Shown: one piece after another, positions 38,359 through 52,426 of the stretch | Numbering within the stretch: position 1 is the stretch's first letter | Layout: every line of letters begins with the position of its first letter | DNA from: Octopus sinensis | Lineage: Eukaryota | Reading direction: 5' to 3' | Length of the DNA stretch: 64,000 nucleotides | Assembly: GCF_006345805.1 (NCBI RefSeq) | Contig: NC_043024.1 | Coordinates: 12,710,001 to 12,774,000, forward strand | Translations under genes and position numbers: made by a program | The notes under the pieces: generated by a model | Seen by the model: only the letters and a program-made list of their open reading frames with translations | The model's database searches: none | Told to the model about the DNA's origin: nothing

Positions 38359-39087
38359 GTGTGTGTATGTGTGTGAGTGTGTGTGCGCGCTTATATACAT
38401 ATATATAGATATATGAACTCATTTGTATGCATGTTTATGTGTATATGTGTATATACATATATAATAGATACACACACACACATATATATGTATATATATA
38501 CATTCATTGATATACACTATACATAGACATGCATATATACACACACCTACACACAAATATCTATATTGTGTATATGTGTATTTACCGACACTTTCATGGC
38601 GCAGTGGTATCGTCCTCTCATCATAATGTCCACACAAATGTCCACACAAATATACACGCAGGATATAATATTCACTTTATATTTCTTTTTATCACCACGG
38701 CCACCACCACCACCACCATCACTTCCCCCTCTTCCACCTGAGCGTCTCCCACCCATTCACCCCACCACAGTACATACATTATTGATCTCCAACATTGGCG
38801 CAAGACTATATGCTATATATTATTCACTATCGAAGTCTTGCGTCAATTTGTACGTTTACAATACTGTTGCTAATATTCCATTCCATTTCACTCGACATTT
38901 CGTGTTTTTTTTTTTTCGACAAATCAATTGATATCCTCGTATTCTAACTCCGACGCATGATACGATTCTAAAACGCTTCGACGTACCTAATTTTTTTTTT
39001 CGGATTTTCATATACGTAAACACATACATACATACGTATATATATACACACACACATGTATCTATATACATAGATTAGGTGATATAT

Positions 39088-39232
39088 ATTACAGAGATGT
39101 ACTTGCATAGCAAGTGACCTGATCTGAGATCGTGTGCTGGAACGAAAACAATTGCAGCGTGGAAGGTGTTTATAAACCATTTAAGAAACACACAAAATCC
39201 GTTAGATTCACTTCAACATCTAAATTGAATTT
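39088..39232 (+). mobile_element. Family E repeat, single arm (same family as the palindromic element at 51572-51897)
   Basis: GATCGTGTGCTGGAACGAAAACAATTGCAGCGTGGAAGGTGTTTATAAACCATTTAAGAAACACACAAAA shared with 51614-51710. Confidence 0.85.
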
Positions 39233-39254
39233 TATATCTATATATTCGTGATTT

Positions 39255-39608
39255 GTGGCACTCCGTCGGTTTCCACGACGAAGGTTCCAGTTGATCCGAT
39301 CAACGGAACAGCCTGTTCGAGTACCCTTAACTTAGTTCTCGGGGAGATCCAGCGTGACACGGAGTGTGACAAAACTGGCCCTTTGAAATACAGGTACAAC
39401 AGAAACAGGAAGAAAGACAGAAGAAAGAGTGAGAGAAAGTTGTGGCGAAAGAGTACAGCAGGGTTAGCCGTCACACCCTGCCGGAGCCCCGTGGAGCTTT
39501 AGTTGTTTTCGCTGAATAAACACTCACAACGCCCGGTTTGGGAATCGAAACCGCGATCCTACGACTGCGATTTCGCTGCCCTAACCCCTGGGTCATTGCG
39601 CTTCCACA
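39255..39608 (-). mobile_element. SINE family C with internal deletion
   Basis: Matches the 31104 copy but lacks the GTGAAATTAAC...GACACGT block near 39320. Confidence 0.9.
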
Positions 39609-40198
39609 TATATTTCTGTACATACACATATATGTATATACATATAAATATATAGATTTATATACACACATATGTATATAATATATAATTATGTGTGTGT
39701 TTGCACATGTGTGTGTGTGCATGTGTGTTTGTTATTTTAAACGCAAGCCATTGGCGCAAAATGTAATCTGCAATCTTTTATCTGGAATAGATTTTCAGCC
39801 CTCACTAATAACCTAATTTTATTGGAATATTAGAATGTCAAAAATAGATTCTGTTAGAAATTTATGTGACAAGTTGAGTAAATGTAATGAAGTTTTCACA
39901 TTGGTAAATGCATGAAAGGCATAAGAAACAATAATAAGTGTGGTGGTCTATTTTGGAGACATCTGGATTGGACAACGCTTCTGCAGTGCCAAGTCAACTG
40001 CTTCTAATATGCATATGTATGTGCGTGTGTATATATGTGTATGTGTATATGTGTGTATATGAGAGTAAGACTGTGTCTGGTACATAACTGCGACTTTCAT
40101 GCACACGTCTCCTTCATTTATACAGGTATATATATGTTTGTAGATGTGCGGGTGTAGGTGTATGATAGGAGGATATATATGTGTATATATATATATAT

Positions 40199-40490
40199 AT
40201 ATAACGGGAAAGTTTACGAAAATAAACAAAAGACGAAGGCAGGTGGAGTATAAACAAACAAATGTATTAGTATGGCGCTCAGGAATAGAAATAGAACAAG
40301 TCTTTTACGTTTCGAGCCTACGCTCTTCAACAGAAAGAGACACAGAAAAAAAAACAAGGAGAGAAAAAAAATGCGTGTAGGAGTTAACGATCTATCATGG
40401 TGTTCTGACTTCGGGCAGTGGTCAGACGCAAGAGGGACAGTGGGGGAGATAACAGGGTCAAGTGACTTCCAAAAACGAAGGTGCCCCCAA
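40199..40490 (-). mobile_element. Family D short element with minimal hammerhead-like motif (40301-40338)
   Basis: Minus strand TCTTT-CTGTTGA-A-GAGC(GTAG)GCTC-GAAA-CG-TA-AAAGA; abuts (TA)n. Confidence 0.75.
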
Positions 40491-40552
40491 CACAAAGGTG
40501 CGTGTGTGTATAAGAGGGTATGTATGTGCGTGTGAAAGAGGGTGGTCTGGAC

Positions 40553-40583
<31 letters not shown>

Positions 40584-41120
40584 CGTGCACGTGGAAGTGT
40601 GAATGTATGACTGTATATATATACGTATGTTTATATGTATAAATGTCTAAATATATATATATATATATTATGTTGCGTGAAAGCATGCAAACATCTTTGT
40701 GTATATGGCGATGAAGTTTCGTACACATATAGACATACATATGCATGTGTGCGCGTGTGTGTGTGGATATGTTTGTATGTGCATGTACGTATGCATGTTT
40801 GTGTGAGTGTGTACGTACGTAGAGTTATGAACGCGGGAGATTTTTGTCTAACTATTGTGAGAATATGGTTGCATGTATTTCTTTATCTTTTTTCTGTTTT
40901 TTCTTTTTCTACATGTTAGAGTAACTTCCCTTTTATTGAACGGTTTTTCATAGCGTCTATTGCCATTGATAACCGACGAGAATGCATCGTAGCTCTTCGC
41001 TCCGACATTCGAAACTGAGTACTATAATGATAACCTTCTACTGTTTATTCTAAATTATAACATATATAAATAATCCTATATTTATCTAATATCGAGGTCT
41101 CTTCTTTTATTGTCACTTTT

Positions 41121-41154
<34 letters not shown>

Positions 41155-41749
41155 CCACACACACTTATACACAAATGATTGTTATGTATATCTATATATA
41201 TGAAAATGACGAAACACATTAATTGAAACATTATCTAATATATTGAAACGGAGTAACACAATGATGTCATAAAATTAAGGACCTTGGAGAGACGGGAAAT
41301 AAAATGTTTTTGCGATGGAATTTGATGTAACTTTATCTACTTCAAGTTCACTCGATATAAAATGAATTATATCACGTCTATATTTGCAAATTTTTGGACA
41401 GACCTCTTCGGCAGGCAATAAAGTTTTATTGTGTTTTACCAAGCTTGTTATATATATTTTGGTTCATCTTGTAGGTTGGAATTGGTAGTTGCAGTATAGC
41501 TGTGGTTTAATGTTGAATGTTTGCAGCTTACAACGAAAGGTCTTTATTGACTGGTTAGCTGAGTGTTCGAAAATAAAGTGCGTGGGGGAGAAAGAATTTG
41601 AAAATGCAGAGGGAGAGGAAGAGAAGAGAAGAAAAATATAAACGCCTGTAAGGCAGTCATGTGCAACAACAGATATATATGTACACACACAGACGCACAC
41701 ACACACAGAGATACATATGCAGATGTTCACACACATATATATGTGTGAA

Positions 41750-41903
41750 CGTACGTTCTTCAATGGTTAGCATGTCACCACGCTGAAGGGTAAACAATGA
41801 CTGTGGGACAACGGCTGGCACTCGGCTGCGCTCACAGTGATAGCCAAGTCGCGCATGCGCAGGATGAAAAAATTCACTGCGGACAGACCTTTTAAACACC
41901 CTG
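41750..41903 (-). mobile_element. Tc1/mariner transposon 5' end
   Basis: Minus strand TA|CAGGGTGTTTAAAAGGTC (CAGGGTG-type TIR), GCGCATGCGC, then ATG encoding MLTIEERTF before truncation. Confidence 0.6.
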
Positions 41904-42917
41904 TATTTATGATGAGGCTATAATAATTCCAAAGCAAACTCTTTTTTTCAATATATTTCTATAAGTTTTCTTTTTCACTTCTTGCTTTTTTCTTCACATT
42001 TTATATTTATTTTTATAAATACTTTTATAGTATTCATATAATGTTTTTCGTATATTGTATTAATTACTTATGTTTTAGCAGAGAATATATTTTAGGTATT
42101 GATCTAATTCTATTGACTGATTGATTGGTTTTTATAATTACATAATTATACATTCAAATTTCTCTCATAATCTTTATAAATTTTCAAACTTGTTATTGTG
42201 TTTATTGCCATAAATTTGAAAAGTTAACCATTTTGTATAGACTTCAACCGATTGGTACAACTCTCGTTAGACAGATAACACACACATACATTTATATACA
42301 CATACTTATATATTAAGAAAATGGAGGCAGTCAGGATTTGGATAACACACACACATACATACATACACACATTCATACATACACACACACACACACACAT
42401 ACATACATACATACATATATGGTACAAAAGCTTTGGATATAAACTATTTATTTACCGTTTTTCCTTTTAAATGATTCATCACGAATCAATTTTCTATAAA
42501 AAATTCATACCTATTATATATGGAAAATATCTGGAGTGGAATGTTTTTCTTGAGCTTTGGGAAGACGATGTTTTGGGCGTGGTTGAGATAGTCATTGTTT
42601 GTTAAAGTTTCTATGTGTGTGCATATATGTGTGTACATACACACACTCACACACATGTACGTGCTCTATCATACTGATTTCTCTCATTCGAACTCGAGTA
42701 TGTTGAGTAATTAACTTCTTTGATGTTCGTTTTGTTTTATCAACCCATATCTAATAGAAATGTCACCTTTTTAAGGTTAAGGGACATAGCACATCACAAC
42801 TTGTTGCTCTCATAGAAGCAGACACATCTACAAACGATGTATTATGCATCCATATATGCCTACAAAACCATCCACCCACCCACACATAGCAGCATGCATT
42901 CAGAAATACACACACAT

Positions 42918-42964
<47 letters not shown>

Positions 42965-44099
42965 CGTCATTATTTTACCGGCCTCATTGAGGAAGTGGAC
43001 AGATCAAATCGAAAGTGAAACTAGATTAATTTACAAAACAATGACATTTATTTAATGGTGATTGGACACGCTTCTCCCTGTGGCGCCATATTTTGTGTTG
43101 GATTTCAAGAGACAGATTGTCTCTTACAAATGTTGTTTCTCTTCTCGCGATGTTTTCAAAGAAGTCGGTTTGTGGATGGGAATCGGGTTTCCTGTCGATT
43201 CTCACCTTTTACAAATGTCAACACCTTTTTATAAATTTCAATTTTTCTTCTCACATTGCTATATGGCTAACTGGCAAAACCAGTAATAACAGCCAAGTTG
43301 TTCTCTGACTGCTTGGAACAAAACCAATCGGAGAGGTTTCTCAAGAACACCCTCTCCTTAGGTGGTTGGTTGAGTTGCTAGAAATAGCAGCTCATATATA
43401 TCACATGCTATCATCTTGCAAACGAAAATGACACGTCTTATAATTTTTGTTCCAATGACATTCAGCAGCCTTTGTAAAATACTGCCTTTGTTATAAACAC
43501 GATTATGGGGACAGAATTAGTGCGAAGATAAATGACAAGAACAAAAATACCAACAACTAAGATAATGAAAGAATCTCTACGAAATCGGTTCTCTTGAATC
43601 GATTTGCAAAGAATTGAAAGAACATTAATCACAAGGACAAGAACAACAACAACAACAACAACAAAGCACCAAAAGAACATCGTCGCAAACGCCAAAACGT
43701 CTTCTAACCACTCCCACCGACACCATTCTCGCAACCATCAACACCACCCTCACTGCCATAGCCACCACCACCACCACCACTTTACCGTTATCTATGGTTT
43801 TCTTCGTTTAGTTAATCTTAATAGTTTAATAAAGAAGATGAATCTTTAGAAATGCGAATGACCACGCAAAGTGAAACGCCTGCTTCAGCGTTTCGCGCTC
43901 ACAATTCTCTGGTGTAAATCGTTCGCCATTTTTGTTCGGAAGGACAACCAAACATCCTGTAATCTATTTAACCCTAATTCTCCGGACTAATTATAATTAG
44001 ATCTCTAATAAATAAATAGATATACAAATAAGAACCGTAGCAGTGCTTGACTCGAATGAACCCAGCCTTTTTAAAATCAGAATATATTGCAAGTAGTAT

Positions 44100-45028
44100 A
44101 TAATCTCAAGTAAGGTTAGCCTCAAAGCCCTGTTGTTACATAATGGTAAAGAAAAACCTTCCATTCGTGTAAGTCATGTTGTCGTTATGGAAGAAACTTA
44201 TGAATCGTTGGAACTCATTCTGAAAGGAGTTCATCACTCAATGCATCAGTGGAATATTTGTAATGATTTAGGACTGCAGCTATGATGTACCAGAAATATG
44301 TGCTTCTTGTGTGTTTGGAATAGTCACGATAACAGCAATCATGACACTGTAAAAGACTGGCCAAAAAGAGATGAGCAAATAGTTGGTCGGTACAATGTGC
44401 ATCATATGCGACTGGTAGACCCGAAAAAGATATTCCTTCCAACCCTTCACATCAAACTCGGTCTCATGATGAAAAATTTCGTAAATAGCAATGACACACG
44501 ATGGTTGTTGCTTCCAGTACTTTAAAGGAAAATTTGGTGCAGAGCAAAGTGACGTAAAACTGAAATCAGGCATTTTCATTGGACTCGAGATCAGAGAATT
44601 GATGTCTGATAGCAAATTCAGAGGTAAACCGAATCCAGTTGAGCTGACGGCATGGGATTCATTCGTATTAGTGGTACAGAACTTTCCTGGAAATAATAAA
44701 GCTGAAAACTATGCTGAACATATACAAAATTCAGTGAGTATTCCCTCAACAAGAATACACTATGTACCATTATATTATAATACTATTTGCCCTGAACATT
44801 AAATTTACTCTATATAGTACTAATATACCATTATAATAATTATTTACATTGAACTTAACTATTCCTGAAACTAATAAAGTATTAAGATATAATTATGCAC
44901 ATAAATCCAAATCCTGACATGCTACAGCAATTCTGAATTCAGATTCGGAATCAGTGTATTCGATTTAGTTTAGTAAAGCATCATTCTTTTGGGAAGCAGA
45001 CAATAAATTGTTTTTCTGTTGCCCAGGG
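44100..45028 (+). pseudogene. Decayed Chapaev3-like (CMC superfamily) DNA transposon: transposase fragment and right end
   Basis: SLKALLLHNGKEKPSI...HQWNICNDL, CFLCVWNS...WPKR...LVDPKKIFLPTLHIKLGLMMKNFV, KLKSGIFIGLEIRELM...AWDSFVLVVQNF-GNNKAENY; terminus TGTTGCCCAGGG|TTA resembling the reverse complement of CACTGGGCAAC with a TWA target. Superfamily name from memory. Confidence 0.75.
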
Positions 45029-46171
45029 TTATTTTTCGCAATGACAATTGGTTTCGCTATGCAACCAACTGACCTACCTAACCGCTGAATTAGTATGTAC
45101 CTAGCTGGGTATTTCGTAGACGATTGTAGTATTAAAGCAAATCGGAGGCAGAAGTTACAGTGTGAGTGGAACCATCCTGGGATTTTAAATTTTACGGACA
45201 ATCCATTGGGTGACCTTTCATCTGGTTAAGGTCAACTCAATTTAACGGATACGGGTTGGGTGAACTGAAAGCTTGGGAAAGACGACTGCGCAATGTCCAA
45301 TGCAACAGGAGTGAACTTTGGATCGCGCGATTACAATGCAAGCTCTATGGTTATTCGGAGATTACTCGGAGTTATTCATGAGAGTAACTTGATCTGATTG
45401 TCCAAGCTAAAATAATTGCATTATAGGCAACCATAACAGTCATTTAAATACCCTCAGCACTCACATACACATACGCACAAAGCTTGTATTCTAGCAAGAA
45501 CCAGTGATAACAACGGACATTTGTTTTGTATACAGTATGACCTCGTCAGCGGAGCAGAGACTTCGCAGTAATCTGCCAAGTAGCAACGGGTGTATACGTA
45601 CGTAAGCGTATAAAATGGTGCATCGCTTACATTAGAAAGCAAAACCACTTTTACGATATATAATGCTATTAGGATATATTTGAAACCATTAATTTTCAAG
45701 AGTCAGTGAAGATATTCTGAATGGAACGAAATACCATTTTATGTTTCAGGTTTATTAATTATTTTTTCTGCTAATTTCCCGTCGATCTGAGGTAAACTTT
45801 GCTTTGGTCTTTTCGTAAGCACGTGTAGTCTTGATTAAAACAAGGGACGTTCCAGACAATAACCAAAAGAAGAACAATTCTTAGATTATTTCGAAATGAT
45901 ATTAAAATAAGAAATTCGAAAATAAAGAATAAAAAATAATACAAGATTAGACAAGGAGAAAAAAATACCAATAAAACAAAGGGCAATATTATCAATCTAA
46001 TTTCATTGGCTTGTTTGATAATATCAGTAACAGCGCCCTCTATCTTCCCCAACTCTCTGCACCTCTTTTCCTGTTTCTCCCCTCCGCTCTCCACACCATC
46101 AAAAAACACACAAATCACTAAAACAACCTGACAACAACTTCAATAATAATAATAATAATATAATAATAATA

Positions 46172-46206
<35 letters not shown>

Positions 46207-47340
46207 TTGGTAAAAATACGAGTAATGAAGAGACTTTTTTAAAGTTTATTTTTGCACATCAAAATCTCTTGTTTCTTCAAGTTTTAATCCTTTCTTTGAT
46301 AATTTTACTTTGTTTTACTATTGTTGTTATTTTTACTTTTTTTGTTATGAGGTTTTGTGTTTGTGTATTTCATTGTAAGTTATTTATTTTTTTTGGCTTC
46401 TTTTTCTTTTTCTCAATTATTGATGTGAACAGAATAAATAAACTAGAAATAAATAAATAAATGCACGAAGAAGGGATGAAAGAAAGAGAGAAAGGAAAGA
46501 TGCAGATAGATAGATAGATAGATAGATATATATATAGATAGAGAGAGAGAGAGAGAGAGAATGGGATAAAATGGACAATGAGAGACAGACATGAACAGAC
46601 AATAAGACAGAGAGAGAGAGAGAGTGTGTTTGTGTGAGAGTAAGAGAGAGGAAAGGGAGAAAGTATGGAAGATAACAACAGGTAAAGATAAGGAGAGAGT
46701 GACAAGGAAGAAGAGAGGAAGAGAGGGAGACATTGAGAGAAAGGAAGACAGAGGGAGGGAGATAGACAAAAAAAGAGAGACAGGTAGAGTGGGTATGAAA
46801 GAAAGAGAGAGTGAGAATATGAAAAGAAAGATGGCGGCAGTGACGGAGAATTTGTGAAGAGAAATAAAAAAACAAACAAACCACGAAATACAAGAAAATG
46901 AAATAAATAAATAAAAATATGAAAGATAATTAAAAAAAATTGCTTTGACGACGTCTTTTGGTGATTTTTTTCGAGTGATTCAATTCCAGATAACATTATT
47001 AAGAAAAAAAAATGGAGAAAATATGCGAGAGTGGTAGACATACATACATGTGTGCATATACACATACACACACATACAGCTGTATAGATGTACGAGTATG
47101 TATACATATATATACATAACACACACACACATATATATATATATGTATATGTGTGTGTGTAGACATTTATGTGCATGTATATGTATATGCATATATACAT
47201 ATTATATATATATATGTGCGTGTATGTAAGTATATGCATATATATATATATGTATATATGTATATGTTTATATACATACGCATCCATATATGTGTGTGAA
47301 TATATATCTATGTTTGTATGTGTCTGTGTATGTAAGCATG

Positions 47341-47377
<37 letters not shown>

Positions 47378-47382
<5 letters not shown>

Positions 47383-47587
47383 CTTTACTACCCACAGCGG
47401 CTAAACACAGAGGGGACAAACAAGGATAGAGAAGCAGATTAAGTCGATTACATCGACCCCAGTGCGTAACTGGTACTTAATTTATCGACCCCAAAGGTGA
47501 AAGGCAAAGTCGACCTCGGCAGAATTTGAACTCAGAACGTAACGGTAGGCGAAATACGGCTACGCATTTCGCCCGGCGTGCTAACGT
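47378..47587 (-). mobile_element. SINE family A monomer in (TA)n
   Basis: Tail, core and most of head present on the minus strand. Confidence 0.9.
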
Positions 47588-47592
47588 GTCCA

Positions 47593-47640
<48 letters not shown>

Positions 47641-48029
47641 TGTAGCGAAAGTGACTTGACGAAGGAGTGACGGGAACCTTTAGTGCCATAGATCATCAAA
47701 TTCCCCACATAGGTAGAAAAATTACAATCCTTCTCTTCCACAAAAGGTTACTTAATCTACAGAGTTTCCATAGCAAGCAAAGCTATTTTCCCCATCGTTG
47801 AACCGAACCCTCGAATCCTTTCCACACAAATTCACCTCTACCCGGTTCTACCCACTAATTCACACTCCGTTTCACATGGCCTGTATCATCTTACCGTTGT
47901 GCGCTCATACGCTCACACTTGCATATATACACACACATACCATCTATATATTTGTGTACGTATGCGTGTACATGTATCAGCGCTTACCAGTATATGTATG
48001 TACATGTATGCACATATATATATATATAT

Positions 48030-48360
48030 ATGTGTAGTAAGCAATTTGCTTACCAACGAAATGGTTCGAGGTTCAGTCTCACTGTGTAGCATCTTGGGTC
48101 GACCAAAACCTCCTCAATAGATGTGATAGACGGACACTGAAAGCCCGTCGTATGTATATATCTATGTGTGTGTCTTTGTGTCCGTTTGTCTCCTCCGGTG
48201 TTGGTGAGTTTACGCCCCTGTAACTTAGTGGTTCTGTGACAGAATAAATACTAGCCTCAAAAAAGTCCTGGGGTAGATTTGTTCGACTAAAAACCCCTCA
48301 AGGCGGTGCTCTAGCATGGTTGCAGTCAAGTAACTAAAACAAGCAAAAGAATAAAAGAAT
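48030..48360 (+). mobile_element. SINE family B, diverged with deletions
   Basis: GTAGTAAGCAATTTGCTTACCAAC...GGTTCAGTCTCACTG...AAGGCGGTGCTCTAGCATGG...AAAAGAATAAAAGAAT. Confidence 0.82.
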
Positions 48361-48464
48361 ATATATATATATATTCGTGGATTCCACCGAATGTAATGCA
48401 AATGTGGTCATAGTTTTTTCATTCATTCAAATAGATTGTTGTGGCTGTAAATTTGGCTGAATTA

Positions 48465-49100
48465 ATTCCCCCCCCCCTCTATACAAAGATGCTATTCAGA
48501 ACGGATACCATTACAAGCGATCCGTTTGCACCTTCACTGTACAAGGGATGCAACGAGAGTTGTATCCCCTTGTTCATGATGACTTTCACTTCGTCTGTGT
48601 TATCTAATCATTGTCAACTGGGCCGAATACGTGAAAGGGGAGGGGCGCTAGATCCCGAATGTATAGCGTACGGTGGACGACTGTCCTGCGACTCTGTCTG
48701 ATTGGTTGCCAAAGATGTATGTTATGCATTATTGTGTGAATGTAGTTTGTGGAATCTGGTTGAGTCTCTTCTGTTTAATAGTGTGAGGGTTGCAATCCAC
48801 TGCTCACTGTTCACTGTACAACTACTATGGAGAAAACCAAGAAGTTGCCATGTTTGTTATTCCCAAAATACAGCCTCCATGATTTTATTTGTTGATATCT
48901 GTCTCTTGAACTACTTAGAATTTGGAGATATGGTGTGGCGCCATTTCATGAAGTGGTCCCTCGATTCCGGAATAGCGTTGTAGCGAAAATGGTACTCCCC
49001 TTCCCACGTGATAAAGTCACTAAAAAGCCAGGCAGTCAGTCCTTGTAGGAGGTCAATAGAAGTAGAGTCGTTGTACGAGATCTCAGTTGAACTCAGTGTC
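48465..49100 (-). pseudogene. Decayed mariner transposase catalytic domain
   Basis: Minus: PESRDHFMKWRHTISPNSK*FKRQISTNKIMEAVFWE...TVNSEQW...HNNA*HTS, then YIRDLAPLPFHVFGP (cf. YSPDLAPSDFHLFGP). Confidence 0.8.
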
Positions 49101-49345
49101 ACTTACGTGGAATTTACGTGTTCGAGTGACCGTCAAGGTAGACGTTATCTTGAGGACCTATCAGCGATGGCACGGTAGGCGAGTCAAAGAAAATAAGACG
49201 CGGAATACCGTATGAATATCTAGAACTATGTACATATTATATATATACATATTATATATATATATAAGCATACATATACATACATATATATATACACATG
49301 CATACCCATATATATGTGTATATATACATACATGCATACACACGT

Positions 49346-49386
<41 letters not shown>

Positions 49387-49656
49387 TATAAGTATACAAT
49401 CATATTCACATAAATGATTTTACCATTCCAAAATTACTTTCACTATTGAAGATTATGACGGATAGAAAGCGTATTCACGCAGACGCTTACACACATGAGC
49501 CCACGTACACACGAGCCCACATACACACGGGTATGAATGCATACACACCTATTTACATATACACTTATTACTCTATGTGGCACACAGAGATATATTCATT
49601 TACACGTAAATATACGCTAACATAGGGGCCATACAGACGCAGCGTGTATGAGTGCA

Positions 49657-49708
<52 letters not shown>

Positions 49709-49741
49709 CATACATACATATATACATACATACACACATAC

Positions 49742-49783
<42 letters not shown>

Positions 49784-49953
49784 CGAATGTACACATACAC
49801 ACATAGACAAGCATGTATATATATATCGATACACACAAATAATAAACGTTTATTTATCCATACACACGCTTAAGACGTCCGCAAACGTATTTATACTTAG
49901 ATATGTAATCACACATATACACCCGTCTATTTATGAGTATATATATATATATA

Positions 49954-50526
49954 TACAGACGTACATTCATTTCTATATTTTTCATAAGCAGAATTAATGA
50001 AATGCTGTTCTGTCATAAATGGTAAGTCGACAGTTCTTGGAGAAACTCAGAACAAAACATCAAAACGCGCGAAAAGGTATTGGTAAAGTGTAATGTGAGT
50101 TCAAATAACACACCAACAATACACCTCCACTACCACCACCTTATCATCTCGACAACAGCAGTAGTAGTAGTACTGGCTCCATCGCCACGACCCTACCCCC
50201 CGATCACCACCACTACTCATAAAATAACAACAACAACAACAACAACAACAACAGGGAAATGGCGAAACCAATCAAGTATTTTACTAACAGAAACAACAAC
50301 AAAACAACAAAGAATACATTATCCACATTAATACAGTAAATTCACAGAACACACACACACACATACAAAGACACACACAGATACACACACACAAACAGCG
50401 ATGATTAAGGAGGCAAGGAAAATCAAAGGATTCCAAACAAATAGATCAATAAATTAATATATAATTAAATACACAAATAAACAAATAAATAAATTATACG
50501 TCCTGGAATTGAAGTGGCTAAATCAT

Positions 50527-50560
<34 letters not shown>

Positions 50561-51528
50561 GAAATGATATGGCTGTGTGGTAAGAAGCTTTCTTCCCAAC
50601 GATATGGTTCAGTCCCACTGCGTGGCACCTTGGTCAAATGTCTTCTACTATTGCCGCTGCTCGACCAAAACTTTGTGAGTGGATTTGGTAGACGGAAACT
50701 GAAAGAAGCCCGTCGTATACATATATATATATATATATATTACAGACGTACATCATTTCTATATTTTTCATAAGCAGAATTAATGAAATGCTGTTCTGTC
50801 ATAAATGGTAAGTCGACAGTTCTTGGAGAAACTCAGAACAAAACATCAAAACGCGCGAAAAGGTATTGGTAAAGTGTAATGTGAGTTCAAATAACACACC
50901 ACCCCTACCACCTCCACTACCACCACCTTCATCATCATCGACAACAGCAGTAGTAGTACTGGCTCCATCGCCACGACCACTACCCCCGATCACCACCACT
51001 ACTCATACAAATAACAACAACAACAACAACAACAACAACAAGGGAAATGGCGAAACCAATCAAGTATTTTACTAACAGAAACAACAACAAAACAACAAAG
51101 AATACATTATCCACATTAATACAGTAAATTCACAGAACACACACACACACATACACATACAAAGACACACACAGACACACACACACACACAGGCACACAC
51201 ACAAACAGCGATGATTAAGGAGGCAAGGAATATCAAAGGATTCCAAACAAATAGATCAATAAATTAATATATAATTAAGTACACAAATAAACAAATAAAT
51301 AAATTATACGTCCTGGAATTGAAGTGGTTAAATCATACACACACACACACACACACACATATATATGTATATGAAATGATATGGCTGTGTGGTAAGAAGC
51401 ATTCTTCCCAAACACATGGTTCAGTCCCACTGCGTGGCACCTTGGTCAAGTGTCTTCTACTATTGCCGCTGCTCGACCAAAACTTTGTGAGTGGATTTGG
51501 TAGACGGAAACTGAAAGAAGCCCGTCGT

Positions 51529-51529
<1 letters not shown>
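49954..51529 (+). repeat. ~787-bp direct tandem duplication (two copies)
   Basis: TACAGACGTACAT...CCCGTCGTA at 49954-50717 and 50741-51529; each copy ends in a SINE B 5' half; boundaries in (TA)n. Confidence 0.95.
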
Positions 51530-51571
<42 letters not shown>

Positions 51572-51577
<6 letters not shown>

Positions 51578-51897
51578 GGAGTTGTACGTGCATAGCAAAA
51601 TACCTGATATGAGAATCGTGTGCTGGAACGAAAGCAATTGCAACGTGGAAGGTGTTTATAAGCCATTTAAGAAACACACAAAAGCCGTTCGATTCACTTC
51701 AACATTAAATTTAATTTGCCAAAACATTTTCATCGTTTTGAGACCGCGGACAAAATTCCAAACGGAATTTGTCAGTGAACAGGTCGCAGTCTCAAAGTGC
51801 TGAAAATAATTTGGCAAATTAAATTTAATGTTCAGTGAATCTAAGGTTTTGTGTGTGTCTTAAAGGGCCTACAAACACCTTCCACGCTGCAATTGTT
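51572..51897. mobile_element. Family E palindromic (fold-back) element in (TA)n
   Basis: Inverted arms 51635-51748 and 51785-51895 plus central hairpin GACAAAATTCC-AAAC-GGAATTTGTC. Confidence 0.85.
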
Positions 51898-51898
51898 G

Positions 51899-52300
51899 AT
51901 ATATATACATATATATATATATACACACATATATATATACATATATACATACATACATATATACATATATACATACATAATCATATTACATATATACATA
52001 CATACATATATACATACATACATATATACATATATACATACAGACATATATACATATAATTACATACATATATACATACATACATATATACATACATACA
52101 TACATAATATACATACATACATACATATATACATAATATATACATACATACATACTACATACATATATATATATTACATACATATATACATACATACATA
52201 TATACATATATACATACATACATATATATACATACATATATACATACATACATACATACATATATACATACATACGTATATACATACATACGTATATACA

Positions 52301-52334
<34 letters not shown>

Positions 52335-52388
52335 TACATACATATATACATACATATATATATATATTACATACATACATATACATAC

Positions 52389-52426
<38 letters not shown>

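Noticed and set aside
41850-41859. GCGCATGCGC (NRF1-like site) as a host promoter
   Set aside because: Lies within a Tc1/mariner terminal fragment; no evidence of a downstream host gene.
46370-47287. 305-aa hydrophobic ORF resembling a membrane protein
   Set aside because: Antisense of purine-rich (GA)n/(GATA)n tracts plus TA repeats; no domain motifs.
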